This document shows, one piece after another, positions 46,529 through 55,230 of a stretch of 64,000 nucleotides of DNA (its first letter is position 1; the number at the start of each line of letters is the position of its first letter). The notes beneath the pieces were generated by a model. That model was not told the origin of the DNA and did not search any database. It worked only from the letters and a program-made list of their open reading frames with translations. Location: IMG/VR virus record IMGVR_UViG_3300025168_000034, positions 1 through 64,000 of that record; one strand, 5' to 3'. The DNA is from a virus. The position numbers were made by a program, and so were the translations under genes.

Positions 46529-46873
46529 TTACCTTTTACCACCATAGTATTCTGTTCCATGGCCTTCTGTTATTAGTTGTTTATTGATTGAATGGTCGTC
46601 AACACGAATGTCTCCTAAGCATCTTCCAAACTTACCGACTCCATGTGATACTAATATAAATTCGTTATCAATATCTTCAAGGAGTTCGATTAATCTAGCC
46701 TTTGCAGCCAATCCTCTTTTCTTTTCTTCTAAGTCTCTGGTACGAGATTCTGGAGCGTTGATACCATGCATTCTTATTCTGACCTTTTTCCAAGTATCAA
46801 ATCCTAAGTCTATCATGGCATCAACTGTGTCACCATCTACAACTCGTAATGTTTTTGCGTTGTATTCGTACAT
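46529..46873 (-). CDS. thermonuclease (SNase-like)
   Basis: RVVDGDT, RMHGINAPE, GKFGRCLG. Confidence 0.9.
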   Translation of the reverse strand: MYEYNAKTLRVVDGDTVDAMIDLGFDTWKKVRIRMHGINAPESRTRDLEEKKRGLAAKARLIELLEDIDNEFILVSHGVGKFGRCLGDIRVDDHSINKQLITEGHGTEYYGGKR

Positions 46874-48483
46874 TACATCATGTATTGTGGTTTCTTCTCC
46901 TCTTCTTCAGCTTCTGGATTGATACCTACGACACACTCAGTTGTAAGTAATGTTCCTGCTGCTGAAGCAGCTAATTCTAATGCAGTCAATGTTACTTTGG
47001 CTGGATCAATAATACCAGCATCGAACATGTTTACAAACTCATCATTCCTAGCATCATAGCCAGCATCATCGTTAGATGGAATCATCTGACGAATAGCTTC
47101 AGGACTCTTTCCTGCATTTCTAACGATAGCGTTGAATGGTTCAAAGCATGCTTTGCTGACTATGCTATGTCCCATACTTTGATCTGGATGATCAGTTTCA
47201 CATACAAAGTTTTCAGCAGCTTGGGATAATCCAATTCCACCTCCAGCAATGATGCCATCTTCGACTGCAGCTCTTGTAGCACATAAAGCATCATCAACTC
47301 TGTCTGCCTTTTCTTGAAGTTCAATCTCTGTAGCAGCTCCTACATTAATAACAGCTACACCTCCAATAAGCTTGCTCATTCTGCTTTGGTGCATTTGTTT
47401 ATCGAAATCACTTTCTGCACTCTCGTATTGGGATGTGATCTGCTCTACTCTCTCTTCGATAGCTTTCTCGTCACCTCCACCATCTACAATAACAGTCTCG
47501 TTCTGATTAACAGTTACAGTTTTAGCTGTTCCTAACATGTCAGCAGTTAGCTTCTCTAGCTTCATACCCTTCTGTGTTGATATCACTTGACCTCCAGTAA
47601 GAGTAGCGATGTCTTCTAGGTATTGTAATTTTCTGTCTCCAAATCCTGGAGCCTTAACTGCACAAACTTGAAGAATTCCTCTAGCTTTGTTTACGATCAT
47701 GGCTGCCAATGCTTCACCATCTACATCATCTGCGATGATTAATAGTGGTTTGTTTTGTTTGCTACAATTCTCTAGCAAAGCTAAAACCTCTTTTACACTA
47801 CTGATCTTTTTATCACACAATAAGATTAGTGGATCTTTCAATGTACACATCATTGTGTCATTATTTGTAACAAAGTATGGTGAAACATAACCTTTTTCAA
47901 ACTGCATTCCTTCAACTATCTCTAAAGTAGTTTCAGCAGTCTTGCTCTCTTGTACTTGAATGACACCATCCTTACCAACATTATCCATAGCTTCTGCTAT
48001 AATAGTTCCAATTGGTTCATCATTATTAGCTGAGATAGTTGCCACTTGTTTGATCATATCATTCGTAACTACTTCTTTAGCATTTTTACGAATATTCTTA
48101 ATGATCTCCTTTGCAGCTGCTTCCATTCCTCTCTTCAATTCTACTGGATTCATTCCAACCATTACGGCTTTCAATCCTTCATTGTACATGTAGGATGCTA
48201 AGATTGTTGCAGTAGTTGTTCCATCTCCAGCTCTCTTTGCAGCTCTCATTGAAACCTCTTTAATTACTTCTGCTCCAAGGTTTTCGAGTGAGTCTTCTAG
48301 TTTGATTTCCTTTGCTACTGATACTCCATCTTTTGTAATTGAAGGTGGTGCACCTTCTTTCTCGATTATAACATTTCGTCCACATGGACCTAGTGTTGTT
48401 TCAACAGCTTTGGATAACTTGTTGACGCCAGTACGGATTCTCTCTCTTCCGTCTTCTCCGAATTCTAAAACTTTACTTTTCAT
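46873..48483 (-). CDS. groEL: chaperonin GroEL
   Basis: TLGPCGRNV, ITKDGVSVAK, AGDGTTTAT, KAPGFGDR, GIIDPAKV. Confidence 0.97.
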   Translation of the reverse strand: MKSKVLEFGEDGRERIRTGVNKLSKAVETTLGPCGRNVIIEKEGAPPSITKDGVSVAKEIKLEDSLENLGAEVIKEVSMRAAKRAGDGTTTATILASYMYNEGLKAVMVGMNPVELKRGMEAAAKEIIKNIRKNAKEVVTNDMIKQVATISANNDEPIGTIIAEAMDNVGKDGVIQVQESKTAETTLEIVEGMQFEKGYVSPYFVTNNDTMMCTLKDPLILLCDKKISSVKEVLALLENCSKQNKPLLIIADDVDGEALAAMIVNKARGILQVCAVKAPGFGDRKLQYLEDIATLTGGQVISTQKGMKLEKLTADMLGTAKTVTVNQNETVIVDGGGDEKAIEERVEQITSQYESAESDFDKQMHQSRMSKLIGGVAVINVGAATEIELQEKADRVDDALCATRAAVEDGIIAGGGIGLSQAAENFVCETDHPDQSMGHSIVSKACFEPFNAIVRNAGKSPEAIRQMIPSNDDAGYDARNDEFVNMFDAGIIDPAKVTLTALELAASAAGTLLTTECVVGINPEAEEEEKKPQYMM

Positions 48484-48781
48484 TCTTTTCTTTTAGTTTT
48501 GAGATTACATCTCGTTCTTGAATAACATGATACTCTTCATTATCGAATTCGATAGTTTGAGCTGCAAATCGTTGATATAGGATTATATCGCCAGGCTTCA
48601 TAGTGGTTTCGATAAACATATCGGTACCAGCCCAAAATCCTTTTCCTACGGCAACAACTTTTGCTGTGAGTGATTTCTTGTCGTCAACATCAGGTAAATA
48701 AATACCTCCAGATGACATTTCTTCTTGATCTACTGGTAAGCATATTAGCTTATCACCGATCGGTTCAAATTGATCTTGCAT
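48473..48781 (-). CDS. groES: co-chaperonin GroES
   Basis: PIGDK, SGGIYLP, VVAVGKG, GDIILY. Confidence 0.92.
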   Translation of the reverse strand: MQDQFEPIGDKLICLPVDQEEMSSGGIYLPDVDDKKSLTAKVVAVGKGFWAGTDMFIETTMKPGDIILYQRFAAQTIEFDNEEYHVIQERDVISKLKEKNEK

Positions 48782-48808
48782 ATAACTTTTAGTGTTTATG
48801 TGTTTGGT

Positions 48809-48839
48809 TTAATATACGGCTTTTATACTTATAAAGCAA
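48809..48839 (-). promoter_or_regulatory. class B promoter-like site for groES-groEL
   Basis: TTG-N20-TATATTAA. Confidence 0.65.
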
Positions 48840-49310
48840 CTATAAAATCTCAATTTTATGAGATACTTCTACTTTAGGCTCCTTCTTTGGTAATGTTAAA
48901 TCTAACACTCCATTATGAAAAGTTGCTTTTGCTTTAGAGCAATCTAGTACCTCTTCATTCACATTCCAGCTTCGTCTGAATGAGCTTCTTTTTAGCTCTC
49001 GAAGTACTACGACACCAGTGTCTTCTAAGTCTTGTGCTTTTGCTCCACTAACTGTTAAGACACCATCTTTATATTCGATGTCAACATCTTCTTTAGTGAG
49101 CCCAGCAACTTCAGCAGTTATTACTACTCTGTCGTCGTAATCGGTAATGTTTACTTTTGGATAAGATCCCTTTGCAAATAAGTCTACTCCAAACTCTTGG
49201 GAAAATTGTGGGAAATTTGTTTGGATGATTTTGTCGAACATGCTGTCAAAAGCGTCGACGAAGTTTGATCTGTGGTTGTGGAATACAACCGGAGTTAATC
49301 TAGTTTTCAT
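48840..49310 (-). CDS. hsp20: Hsp20/alpha-crystallin small heat-shock protein
   Basis: YPKVNI, AEVAG, LTVSG, SFRRS, ATFHNGVLDLTLPK. Confidence 0.92.
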   Translation of the reverse strand: MKTRLTPVVFHNHRSNFVDAFDSMFDKIIQTNFPQFSQEFGVDLFAKGSYPKVNITDYDDRVVITAEVAGLTKEDVDIEYKDGVLTVSGAKAQDLEDTGVVVLRELKRSSFRRSWNVNEEVLDCSKAKATFHNGVLDLTLPKKEPKVEVSHKIEIL

Positions 49311-49401
49311 TTTAGATAATTTTTAGTTAAACAATTAAATTAAAACAACCCATCTTGTGGCGTTGCTCTGACTATAAATAGTATGCTGTTTATGAAAACA
49401 G

Positions 49402-49950
49402 TTATTTTATTCTGATAGTTATATCATGAGGTGCTTCTTCATCACCACCAAAGTAAGGGTATAGGTAGTATCTCTTATAAGCCTCGGAGCACTTTCGATC
49501 TACTACAACTTCAATGCCATCCACACCCAAGATGTAAGAATCTTCTGTGAACGTAATTGTACAGTAGTACGATGTGTTTAGTTCTATTGTTGTGATTCGT
49601 TCAAAGCTGAATTTGCTATCCTCTCTCTTATACCACAAGATCTCGAGACTGTCATTTAGCCATCTCCAACCAAATCGTATTGAGTTTTTTGAATGAGATG
49701 TTCCGCAGTCACTTAAACCATACAGCTTATTTACATCGTATTGATTGGTAGGGTCGTTTGTTGTGTATTGTGCTGATTCGTCGAATATAGCCTCAAAGCT
49801 TAGATAGTTGCTTTTAGTTGTGCAGTATGCTGTGTTGGATCGATGACGACCTTCTTTAATTGTGAATACTCTATAGCCGTTGGAATCTATTTTTTTGCAT
49901 GATATAACACATAACATTAAAACTATGAAACTGAGGTTTTTTATATTCAC
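49402..49950 (-). CDS. putative lipoprotein
   Basis: lipobox-like VISC after a hydrophobic signal; NKLYG, SIRFGWR and YPYFGG. Confidence 0.7.
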   Translation of the reverse strand: MNIKNLSFIVLMLCVISCKKIDSNGYRVFTIKEGRHRSNTAYCTTKSNYLSFEAIFDESAQYTTNDPTNQYDVNKLYGLSDCGTSHSKNSIRFGWRWLNDSLEILWYKREDSKFSFERITTIELNTSYYCTITFTEDSYILGVDGIEVVVDRKCSEAYKRYYLYPYFGGDEEAPHDITIRIK

Positions 49951-50462
49951 CTTTTTTCTTTTTTATCCCAAGAATGGATTGGCCATCGCCATCCTACATT
50001 AAGGATGTGTATATATTCACCTCTTCCCCAATATCCAGTACCCATCTCTAAACAAAAAGTAAAGAATCCTAAGTCTTTCATTTTGATATGATACTGAGCA
50101 TAAAGCATACCTGGATTAAGTCTTACACCTAGAGTGATACTGGCATTTTCTATACCTCCATGATCGTAGTAAGATCCCATACCAAATTTTGCAGTCCATA
50201 TGTCTGGAAAAGAAACTCCTGCTGACATATCAATTAAACTATAACCACCAAAATCAAACACATAGCCCACGCCTAGTGATTGAAATGTTAGATTGTCAAT
50301 CTCCCAACCCTCTGTACTAAAGGTAGGAATAATTGGTTTTCCGCCTGAAACACCAATGCCGGTGTTTGCTTCAACGTATATTTGATTGTCCGGACGAAAT
50401 ACTCTAGTTTGTCCAAGGAGGATTGTAGGGATTAGTAGTAGTGCAAGTAATAGATGTCTCAT
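49947..50462 (-). CDS. secreted/outer-membrane beta-strand protein
   Basis: signal peptide MRHLLLALLLIPTILLG-Q; alternating beta-strand pattern ending LNVGWRW. Confidence 0.6.
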   Translation of the reverse strand: MRHLLLALLLIPTILLGQTRVFRPDNQIYVEANTGIGVSGGKPIIPTFSTEGWEIDNLTFQSLGVGYVFDFGGYSLIDMSAGVSFPDIWTAKFGMGSYYDHGGIENASITLGVRLNPGMLYAQYHIKMKDLGFFTFCLEMGTGYWGRGEYIHILNVGWRWPIHSWDKKEKR

Positions 50463-50552
50463 GTAGTAAGTTAGTTGTAATAATCATAGTCATTGTAGTT
50501 CTCTATAACTTGTTACAATAAATAGTCTATATGAAACACCTAACACCTATTA

Positions 50553-52799
50553 TTACACGTGACCTTCTGCGAAATCTGTTGCTATATTTGGTTCTGCAAT
50601 TAATCCAGTCTCAATTGAAACAGTATTCTCCATACAATCCTTTGTAATCTCACAAGCTTTCTCTGCATGCTCTGCTGATGCGTTTACTACAAATTCATCA
50701 TGTATCTGTAGCATTATATAAGCATCGATGTTATGCTTTTGAAACTCTTCATGAATTCTAATGGCAGATCTGTTCATGATTGAAGCTGCAAGAGATTGGA
50801 TCTGGAAGTTCTTAGCATTGTTAAGGCCGTTCTTATATTCCATTCTCAACTGCTGAAGCTCTTTCTCGTTACCAGCCTTGCGTGCATTCTCTTTCATGCC
50901 TTTGAATACCCACGGCTTGATCAAATTGTCTTCAAATTTCTCATAAATGTACTTGACTTTATCAAGATGTCTAATTCTACCAGTCTTGTTTACAATCTTA
51001 CCTACCGTGTTTGCACGAAGGTGGGTATCATTCATCCACTTTGCTAACTCTGGAAAACCATCTAAGTATCCGTTGATCATTTTCTGAGCTTCTTTGATGT
51101 GGATGTTAAGTTGTTTACCAATCTGCCATGCACCAGCTCCATAAGGAATAGCTAGTGCAATCGACTTAGCTCTCTGTCTAAGGTCAGGTCTGAGTTTCTT
51201 GAGATAGTTATCATCTGATTTGATAGCAGACATACCTTCAAGCTTCCATGCTTGTATTGCTACTCTACTATATAGATCTTCACCATTCTTGAATACGTTG
51301 ATTAGTCCTGGATCATTGCTCACACTTGCAAACACTCTTGGCTCCAAACTACTCTGGTCACATATGACTAAACGTCTATCGTCTTCTGACTTAACAAACT
51401 TACGGACAATGTTATTGTACTTCAATACGAGTGGACTAGCCTCACCAGGTTCTAGGATTCTAGGTAACTGTTGGCTGTCGGAGCTGAATCGTCCACTCGT
51501 AGTTCCATGTTGTTTCACATAGAAGTAGTACCTTCCATCCTCAGATCGTTCTGTGAATCGATCAATGTAGGAAGATTTGATCTTGTTAAGTTTGTTGTAA
51601 TCTTTCATCTTAGCAGCCCACTCATAATCCTTAGATATATGGTCAACCAAGCCTTCGTTGAATTGATTATTACCTTTACGTGTTTTGCTTAACGGCTTTA
51701 TTCTGAGATAGTCAAAGCATAATTCACCAAGTTGTTTCTTACTACTGATGTTAATGAGTCCACCTTCTTTCTCTTTTAAGAGATCCAGACTAACTCTCAT
51801 GCTGTCCATAGGATCCAGATGTTCAGTATCACCATCTGCAAGAAACTGATCAACACCATCTTCATTCTTCATCATGCCTCTATTCTTGTAGTCTAAAAGC
51901 TTCTTAGCAAAGTTACCTCTTTTCTTTGGTGGAAAGGATTCGTGAGCTCTTTCTAAAGCCCATCTCTTAGCTTCTGGTAGTTTCATCAAAGCATCTACAA
52001 CTTCTTTCTCAAGTCTCGTAATGTCTTTTGTAATCTGACTATCCATATCATTGATCAAATCCATATCAAGCATAGATCCTTTCTCTTCCATCTGAATAGT
52101 TACTGTACGATATAGAGGCATCACCTCATCTGTAAAGAAGAAGTCCCATAGGTTTTCCTCTTTTAGTAGTGGCAGATAGTGAGTCATTACACGTAATGTA
52201 AGATCGGTATCAGCTGCAGCGTATTCTCCAATGATCTGCATGTCAGCTTTGTATAATTCGTAGTTAGTCTTGGTAGTCTGACCTCCATTGGCTTTTATAG
52301 ATTCTTTCAATTTGATCTGCTCTTCGTTAGCTTCCTTCTCAGCATCTATACCTAACTCGTTCTGAAGCTCTATTGCAATATCCTTCAAACCAAATGGACC
52401 ATCTTCTTTAAGAGTGTGACGTAGTAGCATAGTATCACAATAAAGTGAATCACGCAAATCTATACCATAGCAGTTTAGAGTATAGCGAACATCAAAAGAT
52501 GCATTATGCATTACTAACTTCTTACCGACAAGCAGCTTGATTAGCTTAACAGCAATATCCTCACACCTCTTACCTTCGATAGTAAGATTATCAATAGTTT
52601 GTGTGTCGTTGTTCCAAATCTTAGTTGGAAAATAGTAACCTTCATTGAGGTTAGCAGAAACAGAGAAACCTATGATATCTCCTTGTCGAGGATTAACACT
52701 GGTTGTCTCAGTATCATATGCAATTATGTTTCCTTGTGTGATGTAGTTGGCTAGCTCTACTACACCAGCTGCATCTGTGATTATTTTGTAACTCTTCAT
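50553..52799 (-). CDS. polA: family A DNA polymerase with 3'-5' exonuclease
   Basis: ExoI YDTETT, ExoII HNASFD, ExoIII YAAAD; TTSGRFSS; motif A DQSSLEPR; motif B RQRAKSIALAIPYG; motif C QIHDE. Confidence 0.95.
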   Translation of the reverse strand: MKSYKIITDAAGVVELANYITQGNIIAYDTETTSVNPRQGDIIGFSVSANLNEGYYFPTKIWNNDTQTIDNLTIEGKRCEDIAVKLIKLLVGKKLVMHNASFDVRYTLNCYGIDLRDSLYCDTMLLRHTLKEDGPFGLKDIAIELQNELGIDAEKEANEEQIKLKESIKANGGQTTKTNYELYKADMQIIGEYAAADTDLTLRVMTHYLPLLKEENLWDFFFTDEVMPLYRTVTIQMEEKGSMLDMDLINDMDSQITKDITRLEKEVVDALMKLPEAKRWALERAHESFPPKKRGNFAKKLLDYKNRGMMKNEDGVDQFLADGDTEHLDPMDSMRVSLDLLKEKEGGLINISSKKQLGELCFDYLRIKPLSKTRKGNNQFNEGLVDHISKDYEWAAKMKDYNKLNKIKSSYIDRFTERSEDGRYYFYVKQHGTTSGRFSSDSQQLPRILEPGEASPLVLKYNNIVRKFVKSEDDRRLVICDQSSLEPRVFASVSNDPGLINVFKNGEDLYSRVAIQAWKLEGMSAIKSDDNYLKKLRPDLRQRAKSIALAIPYGAGAWQIGKQLNIHIKEAQKMINGYLDGFPELAKWMNDTHLRANTVGKIVNKTGRIRHLDKVKYIYEKFEDNLIKPWVFKGMKENARKAGNEKELQQLRMEYKNGLNNAKNFQIQSLAASIMNRSAIRIHEEFQKHNIDAYIMLQIHDEFVVNASAEHAEKACEITKDCMENTVSIETGLIAEPNIATDFAEGHV

Positions 52800-52803
52800 A
52801 CGC

Positions 52804-52834
52804 TTAATATACGTTTTTTATTTCGATTTTCCTA
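52804..52834 (-). promoter_or_regulatory. class B promoter-like site for polA
   Basis: TAG-N20-TATATTAA, 4 nt before the ATG. Confidence 0.55.
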
Positions 52835-53119
52835 ATCATCTTTGTTTTGGTTTGTATATAATTCCACTAAAGTTAGTGCAATGGCTAATAACACCACAGT
52901 CTCAAACCCAAGTTCACTTTTCATAAGGTGAAACCCTGCGAACACCATTAGAATATTTATTACTCTTACTATTATATCTATTATCCTATCACTCATCTTC
53001 TTTTTGTTAGTTTAAAAAAATCATTAATAATGTGACAAATACAATTGCTAGTAGCAAGGCTTTAGGGTTTACATGTGCATTTTCAGGATCTCCAATTCTG
53101 TCATCAAACATCTTATTCC

Positions 53120-53341
53120 TTATTTATCCATGAACCGAAGCTCCGTTTTATAAATGGTACTATCTTCTATTTTTTTGTCTATAGCTCTGACAGTTCTTCC
53201 TATGTCTATTAAGTCATTGGTTATATGATGTTGTCTTTTATTAAGATCTTCCCAATGGTATTCTTGATCCCATTTTATAAGGACAAGAATAATAAGATTT
53301 ATTAGTGATATTCCAGTTATTATTAATATTGCTGTAATCAT
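53120..53341 (-). CDS. small membrane-anchored protein
   Basis: N-terminal TM. Confidence 0.6.
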   Translation of the reverse strand: MITAILIITGISLINLIILVLIKWDQEYHWEDLNKRQHHITNDLIDIGRTVRAIDKKIEDSTIYKTELRFMDK

Positions 53342-53357
53342 TTTATTTGTTTTTGGT

Positions 53358-53567
53358 TTAATATAATTCTCCGTGTAATTTTTTTTCTAATTCTTTTGTG
53401 AGAAGCTCCTCTGTAAAATAAATTAAAAGTGCAATTCTAAATCCGAAACGAAATGAATTTACAATACTGAAAGGTTCGTTGTATGTTTCATATATTAATC
53501 CTGGAAGGAAAACTATTGCGGTGATTTGTACTAATTTCAGTAAAATGTATTCTATTTTATTTTTCAT
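53358..53567 (-). CDS. small membrane protein
   Basis: two hydrophobic segments. Confidence 0.55.
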   Translation of the reverse strand: MKNKIEYILLKLVQITAIVFLPGLIYETYNEPFSIVNSFRFGFRIALLIYFTEELLTKELEKKLHGELY

Positions 53568-53585
53568 TTCTTTTCGTTTACCATA

Positions 53586-53813
53586 TTACAAATTAAATTT
53601 ATCTAACTCCATCTTAGCTCTTTGGAGTGCTAGGTTATACTCATCAGATGATACCATCTTTGCTCCATAATAACCAGTCGTTACAATCTCACTATTATCA
53701 AACTTCTGTGCCATTAACGCTCTAGCATCTAGTTTATTATCTGCTTTTACATAACCAAGTATATCTTCTGGTCTACCATAATCATCTGTACTATACACTT
53801 TATAAATCTCCAT
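53586..53813 (-). CDS. hypothetical protein
   Basis: minus-strand ORF in an early-type block. Confidence 0.6.
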   Translation of the reverse strand: MEIYKVYSTDDYGRPEDILGYVKADNKLDARALMAQKFDNSEIVTTGYYGAKMVSSDEYNLALQRAKMELDKFNL

Positions 53814-53818
53814 ATCTC

Positions 53819-54628
53819 TTATTTTTGGTAATCTGTAACGTAATCAACAATGTTTTCAACTCTTACTCGATCATAAGTGCAAGTGTGAGTCATACCTCTG
53901 AAGTCATTAGATGCTACTTCTATTGTGGCACTCTTACCGGAAGCAGATTTCTTTGTGATCTTGATGTGTGTAGGAGCCCAGATAGTTTTCTTGTAACCAT
54001 ATTCAAAAGTGTGAGCACCTTCTTTGATATCAACTCCAGTAGTTGTTAGTGTTTTGATCAAATTCTTTTGAGCTTTTTCTTCCTCTTCTTCTTTCAGTAC
54101 TCGAATGTGCATCTCTAACTCATGAATCTCTTCTTGAAGAATGTTATAAGTATTTTCGAAAAACATGAATGTATCAACCATTTTAGAAACCATCTCTTCT
54201 TTTGTGTCCTCTATACATTGAGCAACAAGACCGAAGAATGCAAGCTGTTTAAGATTGTCTCCGTTAGTAATCATATCTCCATTACCATAGCGACTGTGAA
54301 TATTAAACTCAACTCCTAGCTCAAACTTACCTTCTTTTTTAGCTCTCCACTCAAGTAGGTTTTTAAATTTAACTTGATTCCAGTTGTTATTGTTGAAGGT
54401 AATTTCAAAAGGAATAAAAGGAGTCTCCGCCTTAGTATGGTAGGTTGTGTAACCTAACTCAGGTCTCACTGTAATATCATTGTCACCCATATTAAAGTAG
54501 ACACCTTGTGGTTTGAAGAATTTCTCAATCATAGTTTCTTTAGCTACTCTCATAGCCTCCATATAAACTTTTGACTGCTTCTCTCTTAACTCGACGATTT
54601 GATTGTTAATTTTTTCGATTTTTTTCAT
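53819..54628 (-). CDS. hypothetical protein (early-type)
   Basis: directly downstream of a class A promoter-like site. Confidence 0.7.
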   Translation of the reverse strand: MKKIEKINNQIVELREKQSKVYMEAMRVAKETMIEKFFKPQGVYFNMGDNDITVRPELGYTTYHTKAETPFIPFEITFNNNNWNQVKFKNLLEWRAKKEGKFELGVEFNIHSRYGNGDMITNGDNLKQLAFFGLVAQCIEDTKEEMVSKMVDTFMFFENTYNILQEEIHELEMHIRVLKEEEEEKAQKNLIKTLTTTGVDIKEGAHTFEYGYKKTIWAPTHIKITKKSASGKSATIEVASNDFRGMTHTCTYDRVRVENIVDYVTDYQK

Positions 54629-54703
54629 TTTGTGATTATTTGTTAGTATTAATTATCTTTCCCTTTACATAGTAAAGGTCAGGACTTTATTCCGTGTTTG
54701 CAA
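54629..54703 (-). promoter_or_regulatory. class A promoter-like site plus conserved 5' leader
   Basis: TTG-N20-GACCTTTA; palindrome at 54662-54678; 54629-54677 is 45/49 identical to 4756-4804. Confidence 0.75.
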
Positions 54704-54710
54704 CTTTTTT

Positions 54711-55082
54711 CTAATGTTTTTGAATTAAATTATCATAATGATTAGCTACCCAACCATACTTTTCTATACTATCTTCATAGAATGAATCATCTCCATACAT
54801 GAAATAAGCATCGGCTTGATCTAACCATCTCAATGCTGTCTCTTTATCAGCACCTAATGCCATAACATCTGCAATGGCTTTTTCCACAACTGCAGATTCT
54901 AATTCAGCTTCTCGCTCAGACTCTTCAAATAAATCATTAACAAAATCTGTTAACTCTTGAAACGTGAAAGCTTCAAAGTTATAAGTACGAGGACGAAATC
55001 CATACACATCTTTGTATAGATCTGAGATCCACATTAAACAGTCGTTGAAGTCTTCTTGAGTTGTTATCTTGAAATTTTTCAT
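54711..55082 (-). CDS. conserved hypothetical phage protein
   Basis: ISDLYKDVYGFRPR motif seen in early genes of large myoviruses (from recall). Confidence 0.7.
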   Translation of the reverse strand: MKNFKITTQEDFNDCLMWISDLYKDVYGFRPRTYNFEAFTFQELTDFVNDLFEESEREAELESAVVEKAIADVMALGADKETALRWLDQADAYFMYGDDSFYEDSIEKYGWVANHYDNLIQKH

Positions 55083-55095
55083 ATCTATCTCTTTT

Positions 55096-55137
55096 TCTTT
55101 ACATTGTAAAGATCAGGACAAATATTCAATTATGCAA
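55096..55137 (-). promoter_or_regulatory. class A promoter-like site with palindrome
   Basis: TTG-N20-GATCTTTA; TCTTTACAATGTAAAGA; T-rich upstream tract. Confidence 0.7.
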
Positions 55138-55230
55138 CGCTTTATAGGAAAAAAATTGAAAAAAAAATTTTACGTGGGATTATGATTTAGTGATGTTAAA
55201 GTTTAATCGCCTAGTTTTGCATTATCCAAA

